A DNA stretch of 64,000 bases. Origin: an uncultured Collinsella sp. (GTDB lineage Bacteria > Actinomycetota > Coriobacteriia > Coriobacteriales > Coriobacteriaceae). A program made the position numbers and the translations under genes. The stretch spans positions 3,838 to 67,837 of the forward strand of contig UQNB01000001.1 of assembly GCA_900542235.1 (NCBI GenBank), written 5' to 3'. Shown piece after piece: positions 1-9,810 of this stretch. Positions within the stretch are counted from its first letter, which is position 1. Each line of letters opens with the position of its first letter. Under the pieces are notes generated by a model. The model was given only the letters and a program-made list of their open reading frames with translations, was not told the DNA's origin and ran no database searches.

Positions 1-1
1 G

Positions 2-1015
2 TTTGTTCCCCGCATTGGACTCAGCGAGGATGAGGCAGTCGAGAGCGTCGACGAAGAGGATGAGGCGCTGTTCGGCAACCACAGTAACCTGTACAACTCG
101 GGCAATACCTATTCGCCTGATTGGCCCCGCAACTCGCAGCGTGTCGCCGCGCTGTGGAAGTCCCAGTATGGACAGGACGTTGATGGCGTCATCGGTATCG
201 ACCCGGTGTTCCTGCAGTATCTGCTGGGCCTGGTCGGTAACGTGTCGCTGCCCGACGGAACGGTTGTCGACGGCACCAATGCCGCAAAGGTCCTCATGCA
301 CGATGTGTACTGGAACTATCCGGTCGAGGAGTCGGACGGCATCTTTGCATCTGTCGCCAGCGCTGCCTTCGACAAGATCCTTGGCGGTATCGGCGATGTC
401 GATGTTACGAAGCTTGTCAGCGCCGTTGAGCACGGTGCCGAAGAGGGCCGCCTGATCGCGTGGATGAGAAACGATGATGAGCAGAATGCCATCAAAGAGA
501 CGGGCATTGACGCTTCGCTGCCCGATCCGGATGATCCGAGTGCCGATCCCGTTGCCGGCGTTTACTTTAACAACCTGAGCTTCTCCAAGCTCGACTGGTA
601 TCTGAACGCCGATACGCAGATTGGTCAGGGCATCAAGAACGGTGACGGCACGTGCTCGTATCGCATCACCGTTACCCTGACGAACATCATGACGCAGGAG
701 GAGGCTGGCAAGCTGCCCGACTACGTTGCGGCGAGCGCACCCGATGCCGCGCGCGACGACGAACGCCTGAATGTCTCGTTGTTTGCCCCGACGGGTGGCA
801 ACATCAGTGACCTTACGGTTGAGGGTACCCAGTTTGGTCTTGGCGCCGCTACGTGGCATGGAATCCCCTTCTATTCGGGTACCGTTGACCTGCATGCTGG
901 CGAGACGACGACGATCACGTATACGCTGACCACGTCGGCCGAGGCGGGGGACAAGCCGCTTACGCTGCGTCAGACTCCTACATGCCAGGCGGCTCGCGAC
1001 AGCGCGTCGGCGTAG
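2..1015 (+). CDS. DUF4012 domain protein, C-terminal part (5' end outside window)
   Basis: Frame open from window start with no start codon. The GIDPVFLQYLLG motif is typical of DUF4012 proteins found in actinobacterial cell-envelope polysaccharide loci. Confidence 0.6.
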   Translation, partial: FVPRIGLSEDEAVESVDEEDEALFGNHSNLYNSGNTYSPDWPRNSQRVAALWKSQYGQDVDGVIGIDPVFLQYLLGLVGNVSLPDGTVVDGTNAAKVLMHDVYWNYPVEESDGIFASVASAAFDKILGGIGDVDVTKLVSAVEHGAEEGRLIAWMRNDDEQNAIKETGIDASLPDPDDPSADPVAGVYFNNLSFSKLDWYLNADTQIGQGIKNGDGTCSYRITVTLTNIMTQEEAGKLPDYVAASAPDAARDDERLNVSLFAPTGGNISDLTVEGTQFGLGAATWHGIPFYSGTVDLHAGETTTITYTLTTSAEAGDKPLTLRQTPTCQAARDSASA

Positions 1016-1098
1016 GGTTTTTCTGGTAGCGCAGATAATCGAGTACCATTTTGGGGCGGACAGGCAATCTGTCCGCCCCTATTTTGTAAGGAGAGCGC

Positions 1099-2430
1099 AT
1101 GAAGTACTTTGGCACCGACGGCTTTCGCGGTGAGGCCAACGTTGGGCTGACGGTAGAGCACGCTTATAAGATTGGCCGTTTTGTGGGCTGGTATTACGGC
1201 GCCAACCGCGAGCGCAAGGCGCGCGTCATCGTGGGCAAGGACACCCGTCGCTCGAGCTATATGTTTGAGGCGGCGCTGGTGAGTGGCTTGGTCGCGAGCG
1301 GTGCGGACGCCTATATGCTGCACGTGATCCCCACGCCGGGCGTGGCGCATCAGGCCGTGGAGGGCTGCTTCGATTGCGGCATCATGATCAGTGCGAGCCA
1401 CAACCCGTTTTGCGATAACGGCATTAAGCTCGTCAACAGCGACGGCTTTAAGATGGACGAGGACGTGCTGGAGCTCATCGAGGACTATATCGATGGCAAG
1501 AGCGAGGTGCCGCTGGCAACGGGCAATCACATCGGCGCCACGGTGGACTACATGCAGGGCCGCAACCGCTACATTGCTTCGCTCATCGCCAGCGCGAACT
1601 TTTCGCTGCAGGGCGTCAAGATCGGCATTGACTGCGCCAACGGCTCGGCTTCCTCGGTGGCCAAGCCGGTGTTTGACGCGCTGGGCGCCGACGTGCGCGT
1701 GATCAATGCTGCGCCCGATGGCTTTAACATCAACGTCGACTGCGGCTCCACGCATATGGAGCGCCTGCAGCGCCACGTGGTGGAGCAGGGGCTGGACGTG
1801 GGCTTTGCCTACGACGGCGATGCCGACCGCTGCCTGGCCGTGGATGAGCGCGGTCGCGTGGTAGACGGCGACCAGATCCTGTACGTGTGCGGCGTGTATC
1901 TGAACAAGCACGGGCGACTCTCGGGCGGTACCGTGGTGCCGACGATTGCCAGCAACTTTGGCCTGGTCAAGTCGCTGGAGCTTGCCGGTCTGAGCGCCGT
2001 GACCAGCGGCGTGGGCGACCGTCACGTGTATGCCAAGATGCGCGAGGGCGGCTACAGCCTGGGTGGCGAGCAGACGGGCCATACGATCTTTGGCGATATC
2101 GAGCGCACGGGCGACGGCATTATGACCTCGCTGCGCGTGATGGAAGTGATTCGTGCCGAGCGCGAGACGCTCTCGCAGCTCACGGCTCCGTGCAAGCTGC
2201 TGCCGCAGGCGCAGGTGGCCGTGCACGTGGCGGACAAGGACGCCGCGCTCGAGAACATGGGCGTGCAGAACGCCATCGCCGAGGCCGAGGCCGCGCTGGC
2301 AGGCGAGGGCCGCGTACTGGTGCGCAAGAGCGGAACCGAGTCGGTGATCCGCGTTTTGGCCGAAGCCCCCGACCAAGCCGCCGCCGACGCCGCCATGAAG
2401 CGCATCGCCAACGCGCTCGAGGCTCTGTAG
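1099..2430 (+). CDS. glmM: phosphoglucosamine mutase
   Basis: 443 aa, MKYFGTDGFRGEAN N-terminus and SASHNPFCDNGIK phosphoserine loop. RBS AAGGAGAG upstream. Confidence 0.93.
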   Translation: MKYFGTDGFRGEANVGLTVEHAYKIGRFVGWYYGANRERKARVIVGKDTRRSSYMFEAALVSGLVASGADAYMLHVIPTPGVAHQAVEGCFDCGIMISASHNPFCDNGIKLVNSDGFKMDEDVLELIEDYIDGKSEVPLATGNHIGATVDYMQGRNRYIASLIASANFSLQGVKIGIDCANGSASSVAKPVFDALGADVRVINAAPDGFNINVDCGSTHMERLQRHVVEQGLDVGFAYDGDADRCLAVDERGRVVDGDQILYVCGVYLNKHGRLSGGTVVPTIASNFGLVKSLELAGLSAVTSGVGDRHVYAKMREGGYSLGGEQTGHTIFGDIERTGDGIMTSLRVMEVIRAERETLSQLTAPCKLLPQAQVAVHVADKDAALENMGVQNAIAEAEAALAGEGRVLVRKSGTESVIRVLAEAPDQAAADAAMKRIANALEAL

Positions 2431-2640
2431 TTACGCGGTTTTACCAAACCGCGTAACTACTCGACGCTGCAAACGGCCCCAAGCGGCAATCTGACGTTCA
2501 ATTTCAAGGGCGCGACCAGAAGGTCAGGGCCCTTTCATTTCACGTCACCTTGCTCGCTTAGGGTCGTTTTCGCTGACGTTGCCAAGACATTAGCGTCAAC
2601 GAACTAGTCATTGGGTACCTAGTTATTGGGTGAAAAAAGG
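2431..2640 (-). repeat. ~200-bp structured intergenic repeat, copy R1 (hairpin-first orientation follows glmM)
   Basis: Reverse complement aligns with 59690-59885 and 62480-62705. Perfect palindrome ttacgcggtttt-acc-aaaaccgcgtaa lies 1 nt after the glmM stop. Confidence 0.75.
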
Positions 2641-2696
2641 GGACGCTGCGGATTGGTTCCGCGGCGTCCCCTTTGCGTTGGCGTGTCGGTTATGCC

Positions 2697-4271
2697 TTAC
2701 AGCTCGTAGAGCGTGGTGAACTTGTCCTGCAGGTAGCTGCAGTAGTAGCGGGCATCAAACGCCATGCCGCATGCGCCCTCGATAAGCTCCGGTGCGTCCT
2801 TGGCGCGGCCCCACTGCCAAATGTGCTCGCCCAGCCAGGCACGGACGGGTGCCAGATCGCCGCTCGCGCAGGCACCGGTAAGGTCGACGCCGTCGCGGCA
2901 CATGGCCGGCACAAACATGGCGTCGTAGGCACTGCCCAGCGCATAGGTGGGGAAGTAGCCAAACGAGCCGCCGCTCCAGTGCGTATCCTGCAGGCAGCCG
3001 CGCGTGTCGTCGGGAACGGGAATGCCCAGGTACTCATCCATAAAACGATTCCAAAGCGCGGGGATATCCTTGGCCGTGGCCTCGCCGGCAAACAGCATAC
3101 GTTCGATCTGGTAGCGCACCATAATATGCAGCGGGTAGGTGAGCTCGTCGGCCTCGGTGCGGATCAGCGACGGCTGCGCGATGTTCACGGCGCGGTAGAG
3201 CGTGTCCTCGTCGACGTCGCCGTAGACCTCGGGCGCGTGACGGCGCAGTACCTGCAGCAGCGGTCCCATAAAGGCGCGACTGCGACCCACGGTGTTCTCA
3301 AAGAAGCGGCTCTGGCTCTCGTGGATGCCCATGGAGGTGCCGCCCTCCAGGCAGGTGCGCGCATAGGCGGGATTGACGCCCAGCTCGTACATGGTGTGTC
3401 CCGCCTCGTGGATGATGCTGTAGACGTTGGAGATGCAGTCGTCTTCGTAGATGTGCGTCGCGATGCGCGCATCACCCACGGCAAAGCCCTCGCTAAACGG
3501 GTGCTCAGTAAAGGCAAGCGTGGTGTCGTTCAGGTCCAGGCCGACGAGCTTCATAAGGTCGAAGCTCATGGCGCGCTGGGCAGCCTCGGGCACGCGGGCG
3601 TGCAAAAAGTCGGCAGCTGGCTGCTGGCCGCGCTCGCCGATGGCGTGCACGAGCGGAACGACCGTGGCCTTGACCTCATCGCAAAACGCGTCGAAGCTCT
3701 TGGCGGAAAGGCCACGCTCGTACTGGTCGAGCCAAACATCGTATGGGTCGCGCTTGGGGTCCATGAGCTCGGCCTGATGCTTAAGTTGGGCGACGATTCT
3801 ATCCACATAGGTCTCAAAGCTCGCCCAGTCGTTGGCTGCCTTGGCCTTGCGCCACACGGCGTCCGCCTCGCAGGTGAGCCTGGTCCAGGCCTCGGCTTCT
3901 TCGGTGGGGATGGCACTGGCCTCACGTTGATCGCGGCCGAGCACACGGATCTCGTCGAGCAGCTGAGGGTCGTCGATTTTGCCGCCGGCGACGGTCTCGC
4001 GCGCTAACGAGCGTACGAGCTCAACGGACTTCTCGCTGGTCAGCAGCTTGTGATGCTCGCCGGCAAGCGTGCCCATGGCGTCGGCACGCGCTGCTGCGCC
4101 GTTGGCGGGGGCAATGGTCGCGCCGTCAAACTCGGCAATCTTGAGCAGGTACTCACGAGTCCACAGCTTGCCTTCGAGCTTGCGGAATTTTTTGACGGCC
4201 TTATCGACCTTCATGCCTTTGGATGTCTTGCCCGCTGCAGGCTCGGCCTTCTTATCGAGTTTCTTTCCCAT
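2697..4271 (-). CDS. M32 family carboxypeptidase (carboxypeptidase Taq-like)
   Basis: HEAGHTMYE zinc motif, HPFSEG...DARITT and HESQSRFFEN motifs of the M32 family. Rho-independent terminator 2648-2690 on the minus strand. Confidence 0.85.
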   Translation of the reverse strand: MGKKLDKKAEPAAGKTSKGMKVDKAVKKFRKLEGKLWTREYLLKIAEFDGATIAPANGAAARADAMGTLAGEHHKLLTSEKSVELVRSLARETVAGGKIDDPQLLDEIRVLGRDQREASAIPTEEAEAWTRLTCEADAVWRKAKAANDWASFETYVDRIVAQLKHQAELMDPKRDPYDVWLDQYERGLSAKSFDAFCDEVKATVVPLVHAIGERGQQPAADFLHARVPEAAQRAMSFDLMKLVGLDLNDTTLAFTEHPFSEGFAVGDARIATHIYEDDCISNVYSIIHEAGHTMYELGVNPAYARTCLEGGTSMGIHESQSRFFENTVGRSRAFMGPLLQVLRRHAPEVYGDVDEDTLYRAVNIAQPSLIRTEADELTYPLHIMVRYQIERMLFAGEATAKDIPALWNRFMDEYLGIPVPDDTRGCLQDTHWSGGSFGYFPTYALGSAYDAMFVPAMCRDGVDLTGACASGDLAPVRAWLGEHIWQWGRAKDAPELIEGACGMAFDARYYCSYLQDKFTTLYEL

Positions 4272-4439
4272 ACCATATCCTTGATCTCGTGAGCCGAGCG
4301 CTTCGGGTGGGCGCGCGGCCAGTTTGCACAGCTACCTGCCTTGTACCCAGTGCGAACAAAACGGAACGCGGCGATGCACACGCAGAATGTGTTATCCTAT
4401 AGCCCAATGCGTTGACGGAGAGGGTTTTGCCCGCCGCGT

Positions 4440-4692
4440 CGCCGGCAAGAGAGGGAAGGTCATGGGCTGCGAGCCTTCCTGCGGTGACAAGGGCCAAGCG
4501 TTCACTCCCGAGCAGCGACCTCAACGGGCACGCGGCCAGCGGCGGCGAAGCCCCAGTAGGGAAGCCGTGAGCCTCGCGACAAGGGGCACAGAGTGGGCGC
4601 GGCGGGCCAGACATCCGCCGGGTCAAACAAGGTGGTACCGCGGAATTCAACCGTCCTTGGGCAATGCACATGCCCGAGGGCGGTTTTTTTGT
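4440..4692 (+). promoter_or_regulatory. T-box leader (probable Phe specifier) upstream of pheS
   Basis: AGAGAGGG box near 4449. Canonical T-box sequence AACAAGGTGGTACCGCGG at 4625-4643. Hairpin plus T7 run at 4660-4690. TTCA candidate specifier near 4501. Confidence 0.65.
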
Positions 4693-4775
4693 TACCGAAC
4701 CGGGCCGCACATCCGCAGCTCCGGGTGGCTCCAGCCGCCGCGGCAAGTGGATGCGCGAGAGACGAAAGGGAAGAC

Positions 4776-5852
4776 ATGAGTCTGATTGATGATCTGGTCA
4801 AACTCGAGGAAGAGGCCAAGGAGCTCGTCGCAGGCGCCGATGACGCCGCCAAGCTCGAGGCTGCGCGTGTTGAGCTGCTCGGTCGCAAGGGTCGTATCAC
4901 CGGCTTGATGCGCATGATGGGCAAGCTCGCCCCCGAGGATCGTCCCGTGATGGGCAAGCGCGCCAACGAGATGCGCCAGCTGATCGAGGGCATGCTCGAC
5001 GAGCGAAACACCGAGATGAAGGCCGCCGCCCTCAAGCGCGCACTCGAGCACGACGCCGTCGACATCACGCTGCCGGGCATCCGTCCGCAGATCGGCCACC
5101 AGCACCTGATCAAGCAAATCATCGAGGAGGCCGAGGACATCTTCTGCGGCATCGGCTACACCGTCGAGTCCGGCCCCATGGTCGACACCTCTTACTACAA
5201 CTTCACCGCGCTCAACGCTCCCATGGATCACCCGAGCCGCTCGGCCCGCGATACCTTCTACGTGGTCGACAACAACCCCGGCAGCGTCGCGCACCCCGAG
5301 GCTCACGCCCACGGCGAGTCCGACGTGCTGCTGCGCACCCAGACTTCGGGCGTGCAGATCCACACTATGGAGTCGCAGAAGCCGCCCATCTACATGATCT
5401 GCCCGGGCACCGTCTACCGTCCCGACACGGCCGATGCCTGCCACCTGCCGCAGTTCAACCAGATCGAGGGCCTGGTCGTCGACGAGGGCATCACCTTTGG
5501 CGACCTGAAGGGCACGCTCGACTACTTTGTTAAGTGCATGTTTGGCGAGGATCGCAAGACGCGTTACCGCCCGCACTTCTTCCCCTTCACCGAGCCCAGC
5601 TGCGAGGTGGACGTGAGCTGCCACGTGTGCGGCGGCAAGGGCTGCAACTTCTGCAAGCACAGCGGCTGGATCGAGATCTTGGGCTGCGGCATGGTCGACC
5701 CCAACGTCCTGATCAACTGCGGCATCGATCCCGAGAAGTACACCGGCTTCGCCTTTGGCATTGGCGCCGAGCGCGTCGCGGCCCTGCGCTACGACCTGCC
5801 CGACCTGCGAACGCTCATGACGGGCGATATGAGGTTCCTCAATCAGTTCTAG
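4776..5852 (+). CDS. pheS: phenylalanine--tRNA ligase alpha subunit
   Basis: MSLIDDLVKLEEEAKEL N-terminus and class II aaRS motifs (FPFTEPS, GFAFGIGAERVA). RBS GAAAGGGAAG upstream. The upstream ORF extension 4593-4775 is rejected because it runs through the T-box leader. Confidence 0.9.
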   Translation: MSLIDDLVKLEEEAKELVAGADDAAKLEAARVELLGRKGRITGLMRMMGKLAPEDRPVMGKRANEMRQLIEGMLDERNTEMKAAALKRALEHDAVDITLPGIRPQIGHQHLIKQIIEEAEDIFCGIGYTVESGPMVDTSYYNFTALNAPMDHPSRSARDTFYVVDNNPGSVAHPEAHAHGESDVLLRTQTSGVQIHTMESQKPPIYMICPGTVYRPDTADACHLPQFNQIEGLVVDEGITFGDLKGTLDYFVKCMFGEDRKTRYRPHFFPFTEPSCEVDVSCHVCGGKGCNFCKHSGWIEILGCGMVDPNVLINCGIDPEKYTGFAFGIGAERVAALRYDLPDLRTLMTGDMRFLNQF

Positions 5853-6029
5853 GGCACCGTGTCCCGGCGGCTTTTCCAAGCACCGCACCTCGCCTTTCAA
5901 TCGTCGGTTGCGTACCTAAGTACGCTGCCCTCCTCTTTCAAGGCAATCTGCGGCACTTGGACACCCCTAAGGCGAACGTCTTCATTTGATATTCCTTTCT
6001 TTGCGGAGATTAAGAACTAGGAGAGCTAC

Positions 6030-8483
6030 ATGCGCGTTTCTTACGACTGGCTCAAGACCATGATCGATATTCCGGAGGATCCCAAGACCCTTTCGGACGA
6101 ATATATCCGTACCGGCACCGAGGTCGAGGCGATCGACACCGTGGGCGAGTCCTTCGACCACGTGGTGACCGCCAAGGTGCTCACCAAGACCCCGCACCCC
6201 GATAGCGACCACATGTATGTGTGCTCGGTCGACGTGGGTGACAAGAACCTCGACGCCGACGGCAATCCCGCTCCACTGCAAATCGTCTGCGGCGCGCAGA
6301 ACTTCGAGGCCGGCGACCACATCGTCACGGCCATGATCGGCGCCGTGCTTCCCGGCGACGTCAAGATCAAGAAGAGCAAGCTCCGCGGCGTCGTGTCCAT
6401 GGGCATGAACTGCTCCGCACGCGAGCTCGGCCTGGGCGGCGACCACTCCGGCATTATGATCCTGCCCGAGGATACGCCCTGCGGCATGCCGTTTGCCGAG
6501 TACGTGGGTTCGAGCGACACTGTGCTCGACTGCGAGATCACGCCCAACCGCCCCGACTGCCTGTCCATGATCGGCATGGCCCGCGAGACCGGCGCCATCT
6601 TCGACCGCGATTTCCACGTTGAGCTGCCCGCCATCAAGGCCGAGACCGGCCGCGCGACCGACGACGAGCTTTCCGTCGAGATTGCCGACGAGGGCCTGTG
6701 CGACCGCTACGTCGCCCGCATCGTACGTAACGTGAAGGTCGGCCCCTCGCCCGACTGGATGGTCAAGCGCCTTAACGCCCTGGGCGTGCGCCCGCACAAC
6801 AATATCGTCGACATCACCAACTATGTGATGATGCTCACCGGTCAGCCGCTGCACGCCTTTGACCTGGACACCTTTGCCGAGCGCGATGGCCACCGCCGCG
6901 TGGTGGTTCGCGCCGCCCAGCAGGATGAGAAGTTCACGACGCTCGACGGCGAGGAGCGTACGCTCGACGCCGGCATGGGCCTTATCACCGACGGCGAGCG
7001 CCCCGTGGCGCTGGCCGGCGTTATGGGCGGCATGGATTCCGAGATCGAGGACGATACCGTCGACGTGATGGTCGAGAGCGCCTGCTTCAACGCCGGTCGC
7101 ACCTCGCACACCAGCCGCGATCTGTCGCTGATCTCCGACGCCTCCATTCGCTTTGAGCGCCAGGTCGACGAGACCGGCTGCGTGGATGTCGCCAACGTTA
7201 CCTGCGCGCTGATCGAGGAGATCGCCGGCGGCGAGGTTGCTCCCGGCTATGTCGACGTTTTCCCCGCGCCCAAGACCATCGACAGCATTAAGCTGCGCCT
7301 GGCCCGCGTGCACGCCATCTGCGGTGCCGACATCGAGCCCGACTTTATCGAGCGTTCGCTCACCCGTCTGGGCTGCACCGTCGAGCGCGACGGCGAGGAC
7401 TTTATGGTTACCCCGCCGAGCTTCCGTCCCGACCTGCCGCGCGAGATCGACCTGATCGAGGAGGTCCTGCGCCTATGGGGCATGGGCCGTGTGGCGGCGA
7501 CCATCCCGGCCGCTAAGAACCACATCGGCGGCCTGACCCGCGAGCAGAAGCTCACCCGCAAGGTCGGCGAGATCCTGCGCGCCTGCGGCCTCAACGAGAC
7601 CACGACCTTTGGCTTTGCCGCCCCGGGCGACCTGGAGAAGATCGGCATGCCCACCGAGGGTCGCGGCTGCCCCGTGGTGCTCATGAACCCGCTGGTGGCC
7701 GAGCAGACCGAGATGCGCCGCTCGCTGCTGCCGGGCCTGCTGCAATCCGTGGCCTACAACGAGGCGCACGGTACGCCCAACGTGCACCTGTACGAGGTCG
7801 GCAGCCTGTTCCACGGTCGCGAGAACGCCAGCCTGCCCAAGGAGACCAAGTCCGTCGCGGGCGTGCTTTCGGGCCAGTGGAGCGAGCAGTCTTGGAACAT
7901 GAAGTACCGCAAGCTGCGCTTTTTCTTTGGCAAGGGCATCGTCGAGGAGCTGCTCGCCCAGCTGCGCATCGAGAAGGTTCGCTTCCGTCCCGTCGAGGGC
8001 GAGGGCTATGCCTTTTTGCAGCCGGGTCGTGCGGCCGAGGTTCTGTCCGGCGGCACCGTGCTGGGTTGGGTCGGCGAGATCCACCCCGAGGCGCGCGAGG
8101 CCTGCGGCATCGACGAGGTTGTCGTTGCCTTTGAGCTTGACCTGGACAAGCTGATCAAGGGCGCCCGCAACCAGGAGAACTACCGCGAGTTCTCGCAGTA
8201 CCCGGCCGTTGAGCACGACCTTGCCATTGTGGTCGACAATGCCGTGACCTGCGAGGATCTTGAGCGCCGTATTACCAGCGCCGGCGGCAAGCTGCTCGAG
8301 GGCGTGCGCCTGTTCGATGTCTACCGCGATCCGGTTCGTATCGGCAAGGGCAAGAAGTCCATGGCCTTTGCGCTTACATATCGCTCCGACGATCATACGC
8401 TTACCAGCGAAGAGGTCGAGAAGGCGCACCAAAAGATCGTCACCAAGGTATGCAAAGGCGTAAACGGCGAGGTCCGCGGCTAG
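6030..8483 (+). CDS. pheT: phenylalanine--tRNA ligase beta subunit
   Basis: 817 aa with tRNA-binding, B3/B4, B5 and FDX-ACB domain order. RBS AGGAGAG. Confidence 0.93.
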   Translation: MRVSYDWLKTMIDIPEDPKTLSDEYIRTGTEVEAIDTVGESFDHVVTAKVLTKTPHPDSDHMYVCSVDVGDKNLDADGNPAPLQIVCGAQNFEAGDHIVTAMIGAVLPGDVKIKKSKLRGVVSMGMNCSARELGLGGDHSGIMILPEDTPCGMPFAEYVGSSDTVLDCEITPNRPDCLSMIGMARETGAIFDRDFHVELPAIKAETGRATDDELSVEIADEGLCDRYVARIVRNVKVGPSPDWMVKRLNALGVRPHNNIVDITNYVMMLTGQPLHAFDLDTFAERDGHRRVVVRAAQQDEKFTTLDGEERTLDAGMGLITDGERPVALAGVMGGMDSEIEDDTVDVMVESACFNAGRTSHTSRDLSLISDASIRFERQVDETGCVDVANVTCALIEEIAGGEVAPGYVDVFPAPKTIDSIKLRLARVHAICGADIEPDFIERSLTRLGCTVERDGEDFMVTPPSFRPDLPREIDLIEEVLRLWGMGRVAATIPAAKNHIGGLTREQKLTRKVGEILRACGLNETTTFGFAAPGDLEKIGMPTEGRGCPVVLMNPLVAEQTEMRRSLLPGLLQSVAYNEAHGTPNVHLYEVGSLFHGRENASLPKETKSVAGVLSGQWSEQSWNMKYRKLRFFFGKGIVEELLAQLRIEKVRFRPVEGEGYAFLQPGRAAEVLSGGTVLGWVGEIHPEAREACGIDEVVVAFELDLDKLIKGARNQENYREFSQYPAVEHDLAIVVDNAVTCEDLERRITSAGGKLLEGVRLFDVYRDPVRIGKGKKSMAFALTYRSDDHTLTSEEVEKAHQKIVTKVCKGVNGEVRG

Positions 8484-8727
8484 GGCTTGCGATGGGTATA
8501 GGTCAGCGGTGGCTGCTGCCGATCCTGCGTGACTGCTATGCTCGGTATAACGCATCGCTGAGCCTGCATATATGACACGCGCATTACATAACGGCGTGCT
8601 GCTTTTGTGGCGGCGCGCCGTTTTGCTATCATAGCCTGCGGCGTGTTACGAATCATCTAGCTCGTAACACTGATGAAATGGTTCAAGCGGCGTTGCAATT
8701 CTGTGCGCCGACAACCGGGAGGCGTAT

Positions 8728-9810
8728 ATGCACATTCCAGATAATTATCTGTCCCCGCAGACCGATGCCGTTATGGCGGTGGCGATGGTGCCCGTATGGG
8801 TTCACTGCATCAAGAAAGTGCGCGCCACGCTCGATCGCGAGCATATGGCCTTTCTGGGTATTTGCGCTGCGTTCTCCTTTTTGCTCATGATGTTCAACGT
8901 GCCGCTGCCCGGCGGCACCACTGGTCACGCTGTTGGTGGCGCGCTCATCACGCTGCTGCTGGGCCCCGAGGCTGCTGCCATTGCAGTCTCGGTTGCACTC
9001 GCGCTGCAGGCGCTGCTGTTTGGCGACGGCGGCGTTCTGTCGTTTGGCGCCAACTGCTTTAACATGGCCTTTGTGCTGCCGTTTGTCGCTGCTATCGTGT
9101 TCCGTGCGCTCAACAGCCGTCTGCACGACAAGAGCTGGGGCACCTCGGTTTCTGCCATCGTGAGCGGTTGGGTCGGCCTGTGCCTGGCGGCCCTGTGCGC
9201 GGCAATCGAGTTTGGTATTCAGCCGATGCTCTTCACCAACGCTTCGGGCGCCCCTCTGTACTGCCCCTTCCCGCTGTCCGTGGCTATTCCGGCCATGTTG
9301 ATCCCGCATATGCTGGTTGCCGGCGTGATCGAGGGCGTGGCGACGGCCGCCATCTACGGCTTCATTAAGAAGACGGCGCCGAGCATTATCGTCGGCCCCG
9401 AAGCCGCCGATGGCCAGCTTGCCGCCGATGGTACCGCCAAGAAGACTTCCCTGATTCCCACGCTCATTCTGGTCGCCGTGCTTGTCGTGGCTACGCCGCT
9501 CGGCTTGCTCGCCACCGGTGACGCCTGGGGTGAGTGGGACGCCGAGGGCGCCGCGACCGCCGTTCAGGAGGCTGGCGACGACAGCCTGCAGGCTTCGGTC
9601 GGCCTCGATACCCCGACCTTTGCCGACGCCCTGCCCACGGGCGATTATCTGCAGGCCTATTCCGAGGAGCAGGGTCTTGGCTTTGCCGGCCAGGCTGCCA
9701 TGTATATCCTCTCGGGCGTGATTGGCGTGGCGGTGCTGACCATCGCATTCCGCCTGGTCTCGCTGACGGTCAAGGAAAGCGGTGCTCATGGCAATAGCCG
9801 AGCTGCCTAG
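8728..9810 (+). CDS. cbiM: ECF transporter substrate-capture component, CbiM/NikM fused to a CbiN-like C-terminal extension
   Basis: MHIPDNYLSP N-terminus is diagnostic of CbiM/NikM. ~120 extra C-terminal residues carry one TM helix and a GDAWGEWD motif like CbiN/NikN. Confidence 0.8.
   Translation: MHIPDNYLSPQTDAVMAVAMVPVWVHCIKKVRATLDREHMAFLGICAAFSFLLMMFNVPLPGGTTGHAVGGALITLLLGPEAAAIAVSVALALQALLFGDGGVLSFGANCFNMAFVLPFVAAIVFRALNSRLHDKSWGTSVSAIVSGWVGLCLAALCAAIEFGIQPMLFTNASGAPLYCPFPLSVAIPAMLIPHMLVAGVIEGVATAAIYGFIKKTAPSIIVGPEAADGQLAADGTAKKTSLIPTLILVAVLVVATPLGLLATGDAWGEWDAEGAATAVQEAGDDSLQASVGLDTPTFADALPTGDYLQAYSEEQGLGFAGQAAMYILSGVIGVAVLTIAFRLVSLTVKESGAHGNSRAA

Noticed and set aside
970-2376. 468-aa ORF antisense to glmM, and similar long antisense ORFs (5982-7313, 12540-14069, 15412-16722, 16750-18204, 28948-30090, 30208-31482, 31483-32700, 37427-38569, 40629-42230, 47100-49289, 52295-54247, 56306-58417)
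   Set aside because: Each lies opposite a gene with strong homology-based support. High GC content suppresses stop codons on the antisense strand. Their products are low-complexity Arg/Ala/Gly-rich with no motifs.
4593-4775. Upstream in-frame extension of pheS proposed by the ORF track
   Set aside because: It runs through the T-box leader and terminator. The conserved PheS N-terminus MSLIDDL with an RBS begins at 4776.
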